Assembly: GCA_048939765.1 (NCBI GenBank)
Contig: JBHLPF010000009.1
Span: 1,716 to 65,715 of the forward strand
DNA from: Promethearchaeota archaeon
GTDB taxonomy: Archaea > Asgardarchaeota > Thorarchaeia > Thorarchaeales > Thorarchaeaceae
Reading direction: 5' to 3'
DNA length: 64,000 nt
Shown here: positions 45,482-55,346 of the stretch, piece by piece
Layout of the letters: each line of letters starts with the position of its first letter
Position numbering within the stretch: the stretch's first letter is position 1
The notes under the pieces: model-generated
Told to the model about the DNA's origin: nothing
Seen by the model: the letters and a program-made list of their open reading frames with translations, nothing else
Databases searched by the model: none
Position numbers and translations under genes: made by a program

Positions 45482-46249
45482 TCAACTATCCCTTGCTCTC
45501 GATTCTAGCTCCTTCAATATGTTTTCAAGCCGTTGTTCAGTTTCTAGTGGAGAGAGACCCTGCTTCTTTGCCAGTGTAAGAAGCCTTCTTCTCTCCCTGA
45601 AGACAAATGGATTCTTCCTCATAGATGGATTCTCGTCCAGGAACTGCTTCACAACCTGCCTTGTGATGGCATCCAACAGGTCACTCATCGACTTGTGGGG
45701 TGAACGAGTCACACTAGAGAAGGCACCAAGATTGTCCAATCTCTCAACTATCTCTCGTCCGGATTCGTTAGGGTCGTCCTCCATGAGGTTGTAAGTCGCA
45801 ATTGGCTTATCCCAGGCATATTTCGAACCAGGGACATCAAACTTCTCGGCTATCTTCTCTATCACACCATCTGGTACAGGCCTCTCTCTTTTCATATTCC
45901 ATTGAATGGCGTCTTCAAGTGGAGTTGAAACGTGAACAACTGCAAAAGCGGTTTTGCTCTGCTCCGCAATTGCAAGGAGTTCATGCCTCATACTTGCATA
46001 GTAATTTGTGTCGTCATGGATTACGGATATGCCCCCTTGAAGTAGTCTGCGCGTGTTTTCAAGAGCCTCCTTTCTAACTTCATGTTCCTTTTCTGGCCTG
46101 AAATCTGAGTAGAACTCCTCATCGCGCCAACGATCAGTGCTTACAATCTCCACCTTGGTTACGTTCATGAGCTGATCCTTGATGGCTTTGGCTAGAGTTG
46201 TTTTTCCAGATGATGGGATTCCGCAAAGTGCGAGTAGGAATCGCTCCAT
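45482..46249 (-). CDS. pstK: L-seryl-tRNA(Sec) kinase PSTK
   Basis: LCGIPSSGKTT, VSTD, DDTNYY.SMR, N..R...VP, YAWD.P; adjacent to tRNA-Sec. Confidence 0.92.
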   Translation of the reverse strand: MERFLLALCGIPSSGKTTLAKAIKDQLMNVTKVEIVSTDRWRDEEFYSDFRPEKEHEVRKEALENTRRLLQGGISVIHDDTNYYASMRHELLAIAEQSKTAFAVVHVSTPLEDAIQWNMKRERPVPDGVIEKIAEKFDVPGSKYAWDKPIATYNLMEDDPNESGREIVERLDNLGAFSSVTRSPHKSMSDLLDAITRQVVKQFLDENPSMRKNPFVFRERRRLLTLAKKQGLSPLETEQRLENILKELESRARDS

Positions 46250-46337
46250 TTGACCTCGAGAAGTTGTATACGTGACTGCAAAAGAATGCTGTGCTATGAA
46301 AGAGAGATGAGAGCTGTAGGGGGGATATATCCCTCCA

Positions 46338-47276
46338 CTACGGCTTGATTGTAATCCTCAGGCTGTTCGCCAAGTCCTTGTACCTGTTGCGTACTGTGAC
46401 TTCGGTCACATTTGATGCCTCAGCAATCTCACGCTGAGTTCGTCTATCATCTGTGATAATCCCCGCAATGTAAAGGGCAGCAGCTGCAAGACCACCCGGG
46501 TCCTTGCCAGCTGTGATTCCCTGCTCTCGAGCATCGTTGATGATGCCCATCGCAGTCTGAACGGTCTTGCCGTCGAGTTGCAGGTCTGCAGAAATTCTTG
46601 GCATCAGATCATTGGCTGACGGTATTGGTACTTTGACATCAACATTCCGAAGTATGAGTCGAACGCACTGGCCTAATTCCTTCCTATTCACTCTGGCCTC
46701 AGTCACAATCTCATCAAGCTGCCTTGGAATCTTGTGAATTCGACAGGACAGATAGATGGTAGCAGCGACCATGCCCTCAATACTTCTTCCTCTGACAAGC
46801 CTCCTCGCGAGAGCCTTCCTGTAAATCAGTGCAGAGGTTTCTTTGGTTTCGTGAGGCACGCCGAGCTGTGATGTCAATCTGTCCATCTCACTCATAGCGA
46901 TGCTTAGATTTCTGTGCTGAGAGCTATGAACAAGCGTCCTGATCTGCCACTTCCTCATACGATAGATTGCTGCACGGGAACTAGCAGCTATGGTTCTACC
47001 ATTCGCGTCTCTATCACTCCACCCGATTGTTGTGGCCAGACCCTTATCTGCCATTGTCAGAGTCATTGGTGAGCCGGTCCTGGCTCTGGCGTCTCTCTCT
47101 TCAGCAGTAAATGCTCTCCATTCAGGGCCTGAGTCAATATGTCTCTCGTTGATGACGCATCCACATGATGTACAGATGCTCTCTCCTCGAGTCAAGTCTT
47201 CATAGAAGTCGTTACCCCCGCAGATAGAACAGACTGCGATACCTTTCTGCTTCATGGGGCGGATTGGTCTTGCCAT
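46338..47276 (-). CDS. tfb: Transcription initiation factor IIB (copy 2)
   Basis: CSICG..CTSCG, EWRAF, RGRSIE, EVTVRNRYK. Confidence 0.96.
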   Translation of the reverse strand: MARPIRPMKQKGIAVCSICGGNDFYEDLTRGESICTSCGCVINERHIDSGPEWRAFTAEERDARARTGSPMTLTMADKGLATTIGWSDRDANGRTIAASSRAAIYRMRKWQIRTLVHSSQHRNLSIAMSEMDRLTSQLGVPHETKETSALIYRKALARRLVRGRSIEGMVAATIYLSCRIHKIPRQLDEIVTEARVNRKELGQCVRLILRNVDVKVPIPSANDLMPRISADLQLDGKTVQTAMGIINDAREQGITAGKDPGGLAAAALYIAGIITDDRRTQREIAEASNVTEVTVRNRYKDLANSLRITIKP

Positions 47277-47590
47277 TCATGATCACCTTATGGACCCCAG
47301 CTCGGATATGGCCGCAAACATACTGCAAGTATTGCTGCGAACAAAAGTCACTCCGAGTGGAGTGTGTCCCGAAGCGCTAATTTATGTCTATATAAGTGTA
47401 AGCATCCGTGAAAATACGTACTGGATATTTTTGAGATAGAAAGTCGAACTGAGAGAAAAATACCCTCTCTTTTGAAGAGTTTGGCGGACGCCCAAAGTGT
47501 CTGGCTGTGTGGGGGCAGCCAGTCCATGGAGAATGGAGCTGGGCGTCCGCCTTTGTTCTCAGCGGGATTTTTGCGTAAGCGTGATGTCCA

Positions 47591-48160
47591 TCACTCTAGG
47601 CAGTACCATTCTTTGACAGATGTTTCGGGAATGATGTGGATGTTGTCGTAGTATGTGTGGTCAGTTTCCTCGACTATTGTCTTCGAGAGTGCAATCTTGA
47701 ACAGACCATCGCTCTTTCCAAGGAGATACCCTGCCAGATACTTGAGAGGCACATGTTGTTTATCGGCTTCCTCCTTGGTCATGGCGCAACACTCGACTCC
47801 TGGACTTTCATAGACCACTTCTACCATGTCGTGTGAATTACAGGCCTCCATGCGATTCAAGAACTTGGTTTCGTTCTTTATTCGTTCCATTCCGCTAATT
47901 CTCTCAGTCATGGACGCGTCATAGTGGAAGGGCTCATCCATCAGTCGGTGAATTGATGGAACCATAAAGAGAGTCTTGTCCTCCTCAGAGGCTATGTCAT
48001 CCTTTCCTCCATCGACATAGCGTATGTCACTGCTCTCTCCGACCTTGTATCGGATCCAGTAGCGCTTGGCATCAGCCTTCTTGTCTTTATCTTCCTTCTT
48101 GATGTTCACCATTACATCCTCTTCTAGGACCAATGGCTGAAACGGGTTTTTCGTAACCAA
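47591..48160 (-). CDS. Hypothetical protein
   Basis: 189-aa ORF; TTG start preceded by GGAGGA. Confidence 0.7.
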   Translation of the reverse strand: MVTKNPFQPLVLEEDVMVNIKKEDKDKKADAKRYWIRYKVGESSDIRYVDGGKDDIASEEDKTLFMVPSIHRLMDEPFHYDASMTERISGMERIKNETKFLNRMEACNSHDMVEVVYESPGVECCAMTKEEADKQHVPLKYLAGYLLGKSDGLFKIALSKTIVEETDHTYYDNIHIIPETSVKEWYCLE

Positions 48161-48247
48161 TTAGTCATCCTCCATGATTAATTAACTATATCACATTAAC
48201 TATAGTTATGCTTATAAGACTTCCTCAATCTGTAATTATGAAACAGC

Positions 48248-48835
48248 TTGATGGACTACGTAGTGATTTTTCTCGGCGTGATGATCTTTGGACTTCAGCA
48301 TAGTGGAGTCTCTGCCTTTAGGATCAAGAATCGAATAATCGATCGTTGGGGCAAGGAGGGCTATGCCAGACTATTCACTACCACAAGTATTCTTTCCATT
48401 CTCGTTGCATTTCTGACGATGAACTACTGGGATTGGTTCTACTTCATCATAGATCCCAGTCTCGTCAATCTACCCCTCTTCATAACTGGCGCGTTCTTGG
48501 TCGCCTTTGGCTTAGTGGTGACTACGATGGCATCCCGTGTGATATCCGTCAGTACGGTGGCTGATATGAGAACCGACAGAGAACCAGAGCTTGTCACAGG
48601 CGGCATCTATTCACGGACAAGACATCCCCTATACTTGGCCACTATAGTTCTTTTGCTCGGCGCGGCTGCAATCTATCCTTTTGATAGGGTGATTGTGTTC
48701 TCCCTTGTTCTGTCCACATATGTGTTGATTGGGGCATACTTGGAGGAGAGAAAACTCGTTGCAGTCTACGGTCAGAGATATCTTGAATATCGCAAGAAAG
48801 CTGGCTTTATGTTCCCTCGCATCAGGAACGTCTAG
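48248..48835 (+). CDS. Isoprenylcysteine carboxyl methyltransferase/PEMT-family membrane protein
   Basis: LVTGGIYSRTRHPLYL, EERKL...YG..Y.EY. Confidence 0.88.
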   Translation: MMDYVVIFLGVMIFGLQHSGVSAFRIKNRIIDRWGKEGYARLFTTTSILSILVAFLTMNYWDWFYFIIDPSLVNLPLFITGAFLVAFGLVVTTMASRVISVSTVADMRTDREPELVTGGIYSRTRHPLYLATIVLLLGAAAIYPFDRVIVFSLVLSTYVLIGAYLEERKLVAVYGQRYLEYRKKAGFMFPRIRNV

Positions 48836-48846
48836 GCACAAGGTTG

Positions 48847-49284
48847 TTACTTCTCAATTCTAGAGAGATGCCGGGCTTGTTTGACTGCGGAAGCTGACAC
48901 CTGATGGACCACTCCCTTTTCAACCACATAATGGTCTGTTTCAACCTCTGGAGTGAAGTGTCGTTTGATGTCCTCAATAAGAAAATGCAGTTGAACACAA
49001 TGAGGGCTGCCATCAACGGTCAGAGCAGTCAGTCTGCTGATTTGTGAGTATCTTACTATCGATCCAATCTTGAAACCTGCCTGGTTTGCATGGGTCTCTT
49101 CAAGGCACACACTTAGGACAGCAGAGCCACCATCTCTTTCTCGATGTTCCTCCACAATCTCAGGATATCGACTGTTCATGCAGCTCCCGACAAGGAGAAG
49201 CTTCCCTTTTTCTCTGAGGCGGGAGTCTCCAACATTAATACACATTAAATGCTCAGAATGTCCGCAACTGCAGTCCACTACCAT
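48847..49284 (-). CDS. Putative Fe-S binding conserved protein
   Basis: GSC, VCLEETH.N, TVDGSPHC. Confidence 0.7.
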   Translation of the reverse strand: MVVDCSCGHSEHLMCINVGDSRLREKGKLLLVGSCMNSRYPEIVEEHRERDGGSAVLSVCLEETHANQAGFKIGSIVRYSQISRLTALTVDGSPHCVQLHFLIEDIKRHFTPEVETDHYVVEKGVVHQVSASAVKQARHLSRIEK

Positions 49285-50237
49285 TTCCTCCGAGGTGGAG
49301 CGTCTTGCTCTTGGTCCTCATCTTGCTCGATATGTTGCTCAACCAGTGGCGACGCTATACTCGCTACCATGTCTCCCTCAAACAGGTAGTTCATTCGGCT
49401 CAAAGAGACAACCGTGCCATCGTAGGGACAATGAACCTCGGACTTGTCTTGCACAACCCCCAGCACGTCGCCTATTCTGACCTCCTCTCCAAGGTTCACA
49501 TCAGGAATAAAGAACCCCTCCGCGTCAATATTGACTTGTTTCGTTCTGCCGGTGTAAACGCTCGATGTATCGATGCTTTCTCCTGGTATCATGTCCTTCA
49601 TTCTCATGAAGTTTAGAATTGCTTCCCTGACTTCTACTGCAGCCTGGGGCTCTATGCTTTCCCTTTCCCCTCGCATCTCGATGGTGATTACTGCTATGCC
49701 TTCATGTGCCGCCTCTGTAGTCAAAGCACCTCGATTTCCCAGGCTCTGCACGACCAAGGGCAATCCAATCTGCGAGGCTAGATTTCGGACATGGATATAC
49801 TCTCGATGCATTGCCACTGTATGACTGATGCAGGATTGTACTCCGGTCTTTAGGTGAATGACATAGTCTGCCTGTGAGACCTTTCTCCATATCTCCCACG
49901 CAATTCTCTGGGTGACGGTACCATGCTCATCACCAGGAAACACAGTATCTAGGTCCTTTGAGTCTAGAGGCGACACTTTCGCCCCGAGCCTGAATGCAAG
50001 CGGACCCGCAACAGGGAGAAGTGTGACCGAGCCATCCACTCGTGAAAGGTCTTGGAGGTGCTTCATGATCAAGTAGCTCACGTAGACATCAGTAGCTGAG
50101 AGGCCATTAGCACCTGAGATTATCAAGATGTTAGGCCTATGCTGACCATAGGTGTAGAACCCCAGCGTCGTGCCGGTCTTTGCATCTATGTCCAGGGCAT
50201 CTACCGTTGGTTTCACCATCAGAAGACCTTCTCTCAA
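49278..50237 (-). CDS. Succinylglutamate desuccinylase/aspartoacylase-like protein, catalytically degenerate
   Basis: M14-like scaffold (FPGD..GT.TQRIA, ITIE) plus lipoyl-like C-terminal domain; Zn ligands missing. Confidence 0.75.
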   Translation of the reverse strand: MREGLLMVKPTVDALDIDAKTGTTLGFYTYGQHRPNILIISGANGLSATDVYVSYLIMKHLQDLSRVDGSVTLLPVAGPLAFRLGAKVSPLDSKDLDTVFPGDEHGTVTQRIAWEIWRKVSQADYVIHLKTGVQSCISHTVAMHREYIHVRNLASQIGLPLVVQSLGNRGALTTEAAHEGIAVITIEMRGERESIEPQAAVEVREAILNFMRMKDMIPGESIDTSSVYTGRTKQVNIDAEGFFIPDVNLGEEVRIGDVLGVVQDKSEVHCPYDGTVVSLSRMNYLFEGDMVASIASPLVEQHIEQDEDQEQDAPPRRKW

Positions 50238-50286
50238 TTTATGCTACTACTCAGAATGGAGGAATATGAGTTGGTGTAACACGGGA

Positions 50287-50922
50287 TTAGAGCCAGTTGA
50301 AGAGATACACATCAGTTTCATGATTGCGAGTCGCAAATGAATCATGTCGCCCAAGAGCATATTTGCTGTTCATCTTGAGATGGTCTTTCTCAAACAGCCC
50401 TGAGTGGACAGCACTATGTCTTCGGTCACCAATCCATATCATTGGAGAGCCATTTTCAGCAATCTCGAGCCCAATGGATGAATAGAACGGTTCCCATGCC
50501 ATCATCACAACATCAGGACGATATTTCGATACAGCTTCCATAGCGTCCAAATTCTCAACCCACTTTGGATAGGCGATTCCATAGCTGCCCATCCGTGCAT
50601 CAGTTGCAATGATATCGGATTTAATATGCGGCTTTAGAAACTCCGTGAGTTTCCCGTCACCGCTCATCACTTCAAGGACAGTCCCATGTGGATTATGGGT
50701 TGACTGCAGGCCATTCAACAGATCCGCAAGCTCATTGATGAACTCGATACTATAGATTTGGAAAATCCATCTCCCCTTCTCATTCGCACCGCTACAGTAC
50801 TTCAATACGTCATTTTCCGACTCGACTTCTTCAAAGAACTCCAGTACCCGCTGATAGGGAAGTAGTCTCTCATGCACATCGATATACTCGGTGCTAGATG
50901 ACCGCGTCCAAATGTTTCCCAT
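50287..50922 (-). CDS. Putative SAM-dependent methyltransferase-like protein
   Basis: VLEVMSGDG motif I, IIATD. Confidence 0.6.
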   Translation of the reverse strand: MGNIWTRSSSTEYIDVHERLLPYQRVLEFFEEVESENDVLKYCSGANEKGRWIFQIYSIEFINELADLLNGLQSTHNPHGTVLEVMSGDGKLTEFLKPHIKSDIIATDARMGSYGIAYPKWVENLDAMEAVSKYRPDVVMMAWEPFYSSIGLEIAENGSPMIWIGDRRHSAVHSGLFEKDHLKMNSKYALGRHDSFATRNHETDVYLFNWL

Positions 50923-51151
50923 GGGCGAGTGATTTCTGTCTGCCTTTTCACTCTATCCATGGCCCCCTGCTATTCTAGGCTAAATTTAGTTGGCCAAAGG
51001 TCTAATAAGGGGCTGTCACGAGAACAACTTCGAGTGAGCCAGGATGGATTGCGTTCTCGAATATTAGAACGAATGACTTTTGCGTTTCCTTTATAGAGGA
51101 TACCGGCTACGGCTCCTCAAGCACTTCAATAATACATAGAGGCGTCCAGAG

Positions 51152-54052
51152 ATGAGTGAACAAGTCAAGTTTGAGAAGAAGTGGCAGAAAAGATGGGAGA
51201 AAGATCGTATCTTCGAAGTGGATCCCGATCCAAAGAAAGAGAAATTCTTCCTAACAGTCCCATATCCATACCCCAATGGTGCTTTGCATATAGGTCACGG
51301 TAGAACCTACACAGTAGGAGATTTAGTTGCGCGCTACAAGCGAATGCAAGGCTTCAATGTTCTCTATCCGATGGCGTCTCATATCACGGGCACACCCATC
51401 TTGGGCATTGTGGATAGAGTCAAGCATAACGACCCTGTGGCAATTGAGCAATACAAACGTGACTTGCGAGTCTATCTAGATACTGAAGAAGAAGTTGATG
51501 AACAGGTAAAGAAGTTCGTTGATCCTTGGGCTACAGTATGGTTTTTCGCCAATGCAATCTCAGCCGACTTCAAGGCTCTAGGCTATAGCATTGATTGGCG
51601 CCGTCATTTCACAACAGGTGATGAGATCTATAATAGCTTCATCACTTGGCAATATAGTAAGTTCATGGACCTGGGCTACATCAAAAAGGGCTCTCATCCT
51701 CTTCTTTATTGTCCCAACTGTGGAAATCCAGTTGGTGAGGACGACATCCTAGTAGGGGTCAATGCAAAGGTCAAAGAATTCACTGCCATGAAATATCCCT
51801 TTGGGGATGGATTCTTAGTTGCCGGGAGCCTGAGGCCTGAAACAACCTTTGGCATCACAAACGTGTGGATTAATCCAAAGGAAGAGTATGTTAGGGCTGA
51901 TGTGGATGGAGAGAAGTGGATCGTTTCTACAGCAGCTGCAGAGAAGTTGAAGCTACAAGCAAAAGAGGTAGAAGTCCTGGGAACCTTCAGAGGCTCTGAG
52001 ATCATCGGCAAGACATGTAAGACCATTCATGATGGACGCGACATCCCCATCCTGCCCGCAGAGTTTGTTGATGTGAACAATGCAACTGGAGTTGTGTATT
52101 CAGTCCCTGGTCATGCACCTTACGACTACATTGCTTTGCGTGACTTATGGGATGACCCATCGGGGCTTGAGCAATACGGCATTACTGCAGAAGAAGTGAG
52201 AGCCATTGACATCATTATGATGATCGAGATTGAGGGCGGTAGTGACTTTCTAACAAAAGACCTAGTTGACAAATTGGGTATTGCCAACCAGAATGACCTG
52301 GAGAAACTGGAGGAGGCGACTAGCGAGGTCTACAAGGCCGAGTTCTATGAAGGCATTATGATGGACAACTGCGGACCCTTTGCAGGGCGAAAGGTAAGTG
52401 ACGTCAAGGATGATGTCATTGCCTGGCTAAAAGACCAGAATCGAGGTGATGTGTTCTATGAGCCAGATCAGCGGCCAGTTGTCTGTAAGTGCGGAACAGA
52501 CGTGCAGATCGCAGTTCTGGCTGGGCAATGGTTCTTGGACTATGAGAGTCCTGGCTGGAAGGACAAGGCGTGGGACGCATTGAATTCAATGAAGATAATC
52601 CCTGAAACCTTCAGAATCATGTTTGAGTCGACCTTCGATTGGTTAGCTCAACGGCCATGTGCCCGGAAAAGAGGTATCGGGACTCCACTGCCCTTCGATC
52701 CAGAATGGATCATAGAAGCATTGTCTGACTCTACCATCTATATGGCATTCTACACAATCGCTCATATCATTGAGCAAAACAAGCTGAACGCCAAGCACCT
52801 TGCAGTGCCCTTCTTTGACTACGTGTTTCTAGGCAAGGGAAAACTCAACAAGGTCGGGAAGGAAACAGGAGTTTCACCAGAGCTACTAGGATCAATGCGT
52901 GAGGAGTTTCTATATTGGTATCCGAATGACCAGCGGCATACAGCTCCTTCGCATATATCAAATCACCTGAGCTTTGCCATCTTCCATCATGCAGCGATAT
53001 TTCCCAAGAAGCACTGGATTAAATGCATCAGCATCAATGAACACATGAACATGGAGGGCGGAAAGATGTCGAAAAGCAAGGGCAACACCATCCCTCTGGG
53101 AGAGATTCCCACAAAATATGGGGCAGATGTGTTCAGAACTTATGTGCTGTCAGCAGCTGAACCAGGCAGTCTCATGGATTGGCGCGAACGAGATGTGCCA
53201 TCTGTAAGGAATCGCATCAAGCAATTCAGTGAGATCATGAAGAAATACTCAAGGAAAACGCCTAGGGCCTACACAAAGAAGGACAAGCCAACAGAAACCA
53301 CTCGATGGGTGCTGTCCCGCATAAATACCATCATCAAAGAGTGTACAGAATATATGGAGAACTTCAAGATACGCGACTATGCCATTACAGTCATGCCCGA
53401 GATGATACGCACGATCCATCACTATTTGAAACGGAATGTGCCCAAAGAAGAGCGCGAGGCGACCATGGCCTACATATGCGACAAGTGGGTCCGATTGACT
53501 GCACCGATGACTCCGCATGTCAGTGAGGAGTTCTGGTCTAAGATGGACCGTGACGGCTATGTTTCGTTAGCGCCATGGCCTAAGGCGGACAGAAGGCTGA
53601 TTGATCCATCTGTTGAAATGGCCCAGCAGGTGGTCGAAGCCACGGTCAAAGACATCCGAGAGATTGCAAAGCTGCTGAAGGACAAGAAGGCGTCAGATGT
53701 CCATATCTATGTGGCACCTCAATGGATGTTCAAGGCAATGAACAGCATAAGGACAGACGATGTTTCGCTGATAGTGGGTGACATCATGAAACACTTGATG
53801 TCAAATCCAGACTACAGAAAACATGGGAAACAAGTCAAGAATATAGTCGATAGAATTGCCAAGGAAAATGGACTGTGGGACCACTCTAAGAGCGCAAAGG
53901 ATGAGCTGACCGTCTTGAAAGACTCTGCTGAGTACATCTCTTCCGAGATTGGGATGAAAGTGACTGTCCATAGTGCAGTAAAGCCAGAATATGACCCTCA
54001 AAACAAGGCAAAATTCGCATTACCAGGTAGAGTTTCATTGTACTTGGAGTAG
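51152..54052 (+). CDS. leuS: Leucyl-tRNA synthetase (archaeal/eukaryal type)
   Basis: [21 protein letters not shown]. Confidence 0.96.
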   Translation: MSEQVKFEKKWQKRWEKDRIFEVDPDPKKEKFFLTVPYPYPNGALHIGHGRTYTVGDLVARYKRMQGFNVLYPMASHITGTPILGIVDRVKHNDPVAIEQYKRDLRVYLDTEEEVDEQVKKFVDPWATVWFFANAISADFKALGYSIDWRRHFTTGDEIYNSFITWQYSKFMDLGYIKKGSHPLLYCPNCGNPVGEDDILVGVNAKVKEFTAMKYPFGDGFLVAGSLRPETTFGITNVWINPKEEYVRADVDGEKWIVSTAAAEKLKLQAKEVEVLGTFRGSEIIGKTCKTIHDGRDIPILPAEFVDVNNATGVVYSVPGHAPYDYIALRDLWDDPSGLEQYGITAEEVRAIDIIMMIEIEGGSDFLTKDLVDKLGIANQNDLEKLEEATSEVYKAEFYEGIMMDNCGPFAGRKVSDVKDDVIAWLKDQNRGDVFYEPDQRPVVCKCGTDVQIAVLAGQWFLDYESPGWKDKAWDALNSMKIIPETFRIMFESTFDWLAQRPCARKRGIGTPLPFDPEWIIEALSDSTIYMAFYTIAHIIEQNKLNAKHLAVPFFDYVFLGKGKLNKVGKETGVSPELLGSMREEFLYWYPNDQRHTAPSHISNHLSFAIFHHAAIFPKKHWIKCISINEHMNMEGGKMSKSKGNTIPLGEIPTKYGADVFRTYVLSAAEPGSLMDWRERDVPSVRNRIKQFSEIMKKYSRKTPRAYTKKDKPTETTRWVLSRINTIIKECTEYMENFKIRDYAITVMPEMIRTIHHYLKRNVPKEEREATMAYICDKWVRLTAPMTPHVSEEFWSKMDRDGYVSLAPWPKADRRLIDPSVEMAQQVVEATVKDIREIAKLLKDKKASDVHIYVAPQWMFKAMNSIRTDDVSLIVGDIMKHLMSNPDYRKHGKQVKNIVDRIAKENGLWDHSKSAKDELTVLKDSAEYISSEIGMKVTVHSAVKPEYDPQNKAKFALPGRVSLYLE

Positions 54053-54244
54053 GGGGTCATCCTGGGATGAGATTCCCATCGTTGCTGTGACATGAAATCT
54101 AGGGTGAATTCTGAAGCTCCCGACTCAGTTGCTCTTGATTGAATCACATGAATGAAGCGCGAAATTCAATACCACGGGATGGATTATTATGCTGGATTCT
54201 GCAGATTGATTGTGGCAATCTCTTCACCTTGGAGGTTATGACTC

Positions 54245-55297
54245 ATGCCTGACGGAACTAGTAAAGCGGGTCTTCCACCCGGAACTCCTGTGCATACAGG
54301 AATCGAGCGAACTGAGAAGGTCACCGTTGAGATTGTGGAGTACAATGAAGAGCAGATGAGTGAATACACTGCTGACTGCATGCAGGACTGCGATCCGCCT
54401 CATGATTCAGTGAAGGTGAAGTGGATCCATGTCAATGGCGTTCATGATTTGGATATCATCAATTATATCGGAAACGCATATGAAATACACCCGTTAATCC
54501 TGGAGGACATTCCAAGTGTCGGTCAGCGTCCCAAGGTTGAGGTGCTACAGAACAAGGTCTATTTGGTCCTGAGAGTCTTCGATATAGTAGGAGAGGATAG
54601 ACATGTTGTCTCAGAGCAGTTGAGCATCATCCTGGGGAAGAATATCCTTCTCTCCTTCCAAGAGTCCTCGGAGGATATTTTCAAAGCAATCAGAGACAGG
54701 CTTCGGAGACCCACAGGACGAATTCGAAAGGATGGTCCTGACTATCTGGCGTATGCGCTCGTAGATGTTGTGGTTGATGACTACTTTCGGGTCCTAGAGG
54801 AGGTCGGGGAGCAAATCGAGCGTTTGGAGGACGAGCTAATTGAGGAGGCAGACAGTGAGGTCCTCAGCCGTATCTATAGGCTGAAACGTACGGTCATTGC
54901 TCTTCGAAGGTATATCTGGCCTCTTCGTGAGGTTGTGTTTGCCCTAAATAGAGACGAAACTGAACTAGTGACTGACACGACCAAGGTCTATCTTAGAGAC
55001 CTATACGACCATGTGATCCGAGTGACTGACCTTGCCGAGACTTATCGAGAGGGCATCACGGGGATGCTGGATATCTACCTCTCGACTATGAGCAATAAGA
55101 TGAATGAAGTGATGAAGGTTCTCACAGTGATTTCCACTATCTTCATCCCCCTGACTCTGATGGCCAGTATATACGGAATGAATTGGATCTGGATGCCCGA
55201 GCTTGATTTTTTCTATGGCTATCCAGTATTCCTCATGGTTATGCTGCTCATCACCGTCATCTTGGTGATTTACTTCAGACGCAGGGGCTGGATCTAG
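54245..55297 (+). CDS. corA: Magnesium/cobalt transporter CorA
   Basis: GLPPG, MNEVMKVLT...TIFIPL, YGMN. Confidence 0.95.
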   Translation: MPDGTSKAGLPPGTPVHTGIERTEKVTVEIVEYNEEQMSEYTADCMQDCDPPHDSVKVKWIHVNGVHDLDIINYIGNAYEIHPLILEDIPSVGQRPKVEVLQNKVYLVLRVFDIVGEDRHVVSEQLSIILGKNILLSFQESSEDIFKAIRDRLRRPTGRIRKDGPDYLAYALVDVVVDDYFRVLEEVGEQIERLEDELIEEADSEVLSRIYRLKRTVIALRRYIWPLREVVFALNRDETELVTDTTKVYLRDLYDHVIRVTDLAETYREGITGMLDIYLSTMSNKMNEVMKVLTVISTIFIPLTLMASIYGMNWIWMPELDFFYGYPVFLMVMLLITVILVIYFRRRGWI

Positions 55298-55346
55298 CAT
55301 TGCCATATGTTAGCCCTTAATACATGATTGAGCTGACGCTGGTTCA

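Noticed and set aside
45235-45579. ORFs 45235-45477 (-) and 45283-45579 (+)
   Set aside because: They overlap the well-supported tRNA-Sec and the hairpin region
48248-48835. ICMT-like gene as evidence of eukaryote-type CAAX processing
   Set aside because: The family is widespread in prokaryotes, and no prenyltransferase or CAAX substrate is seen here
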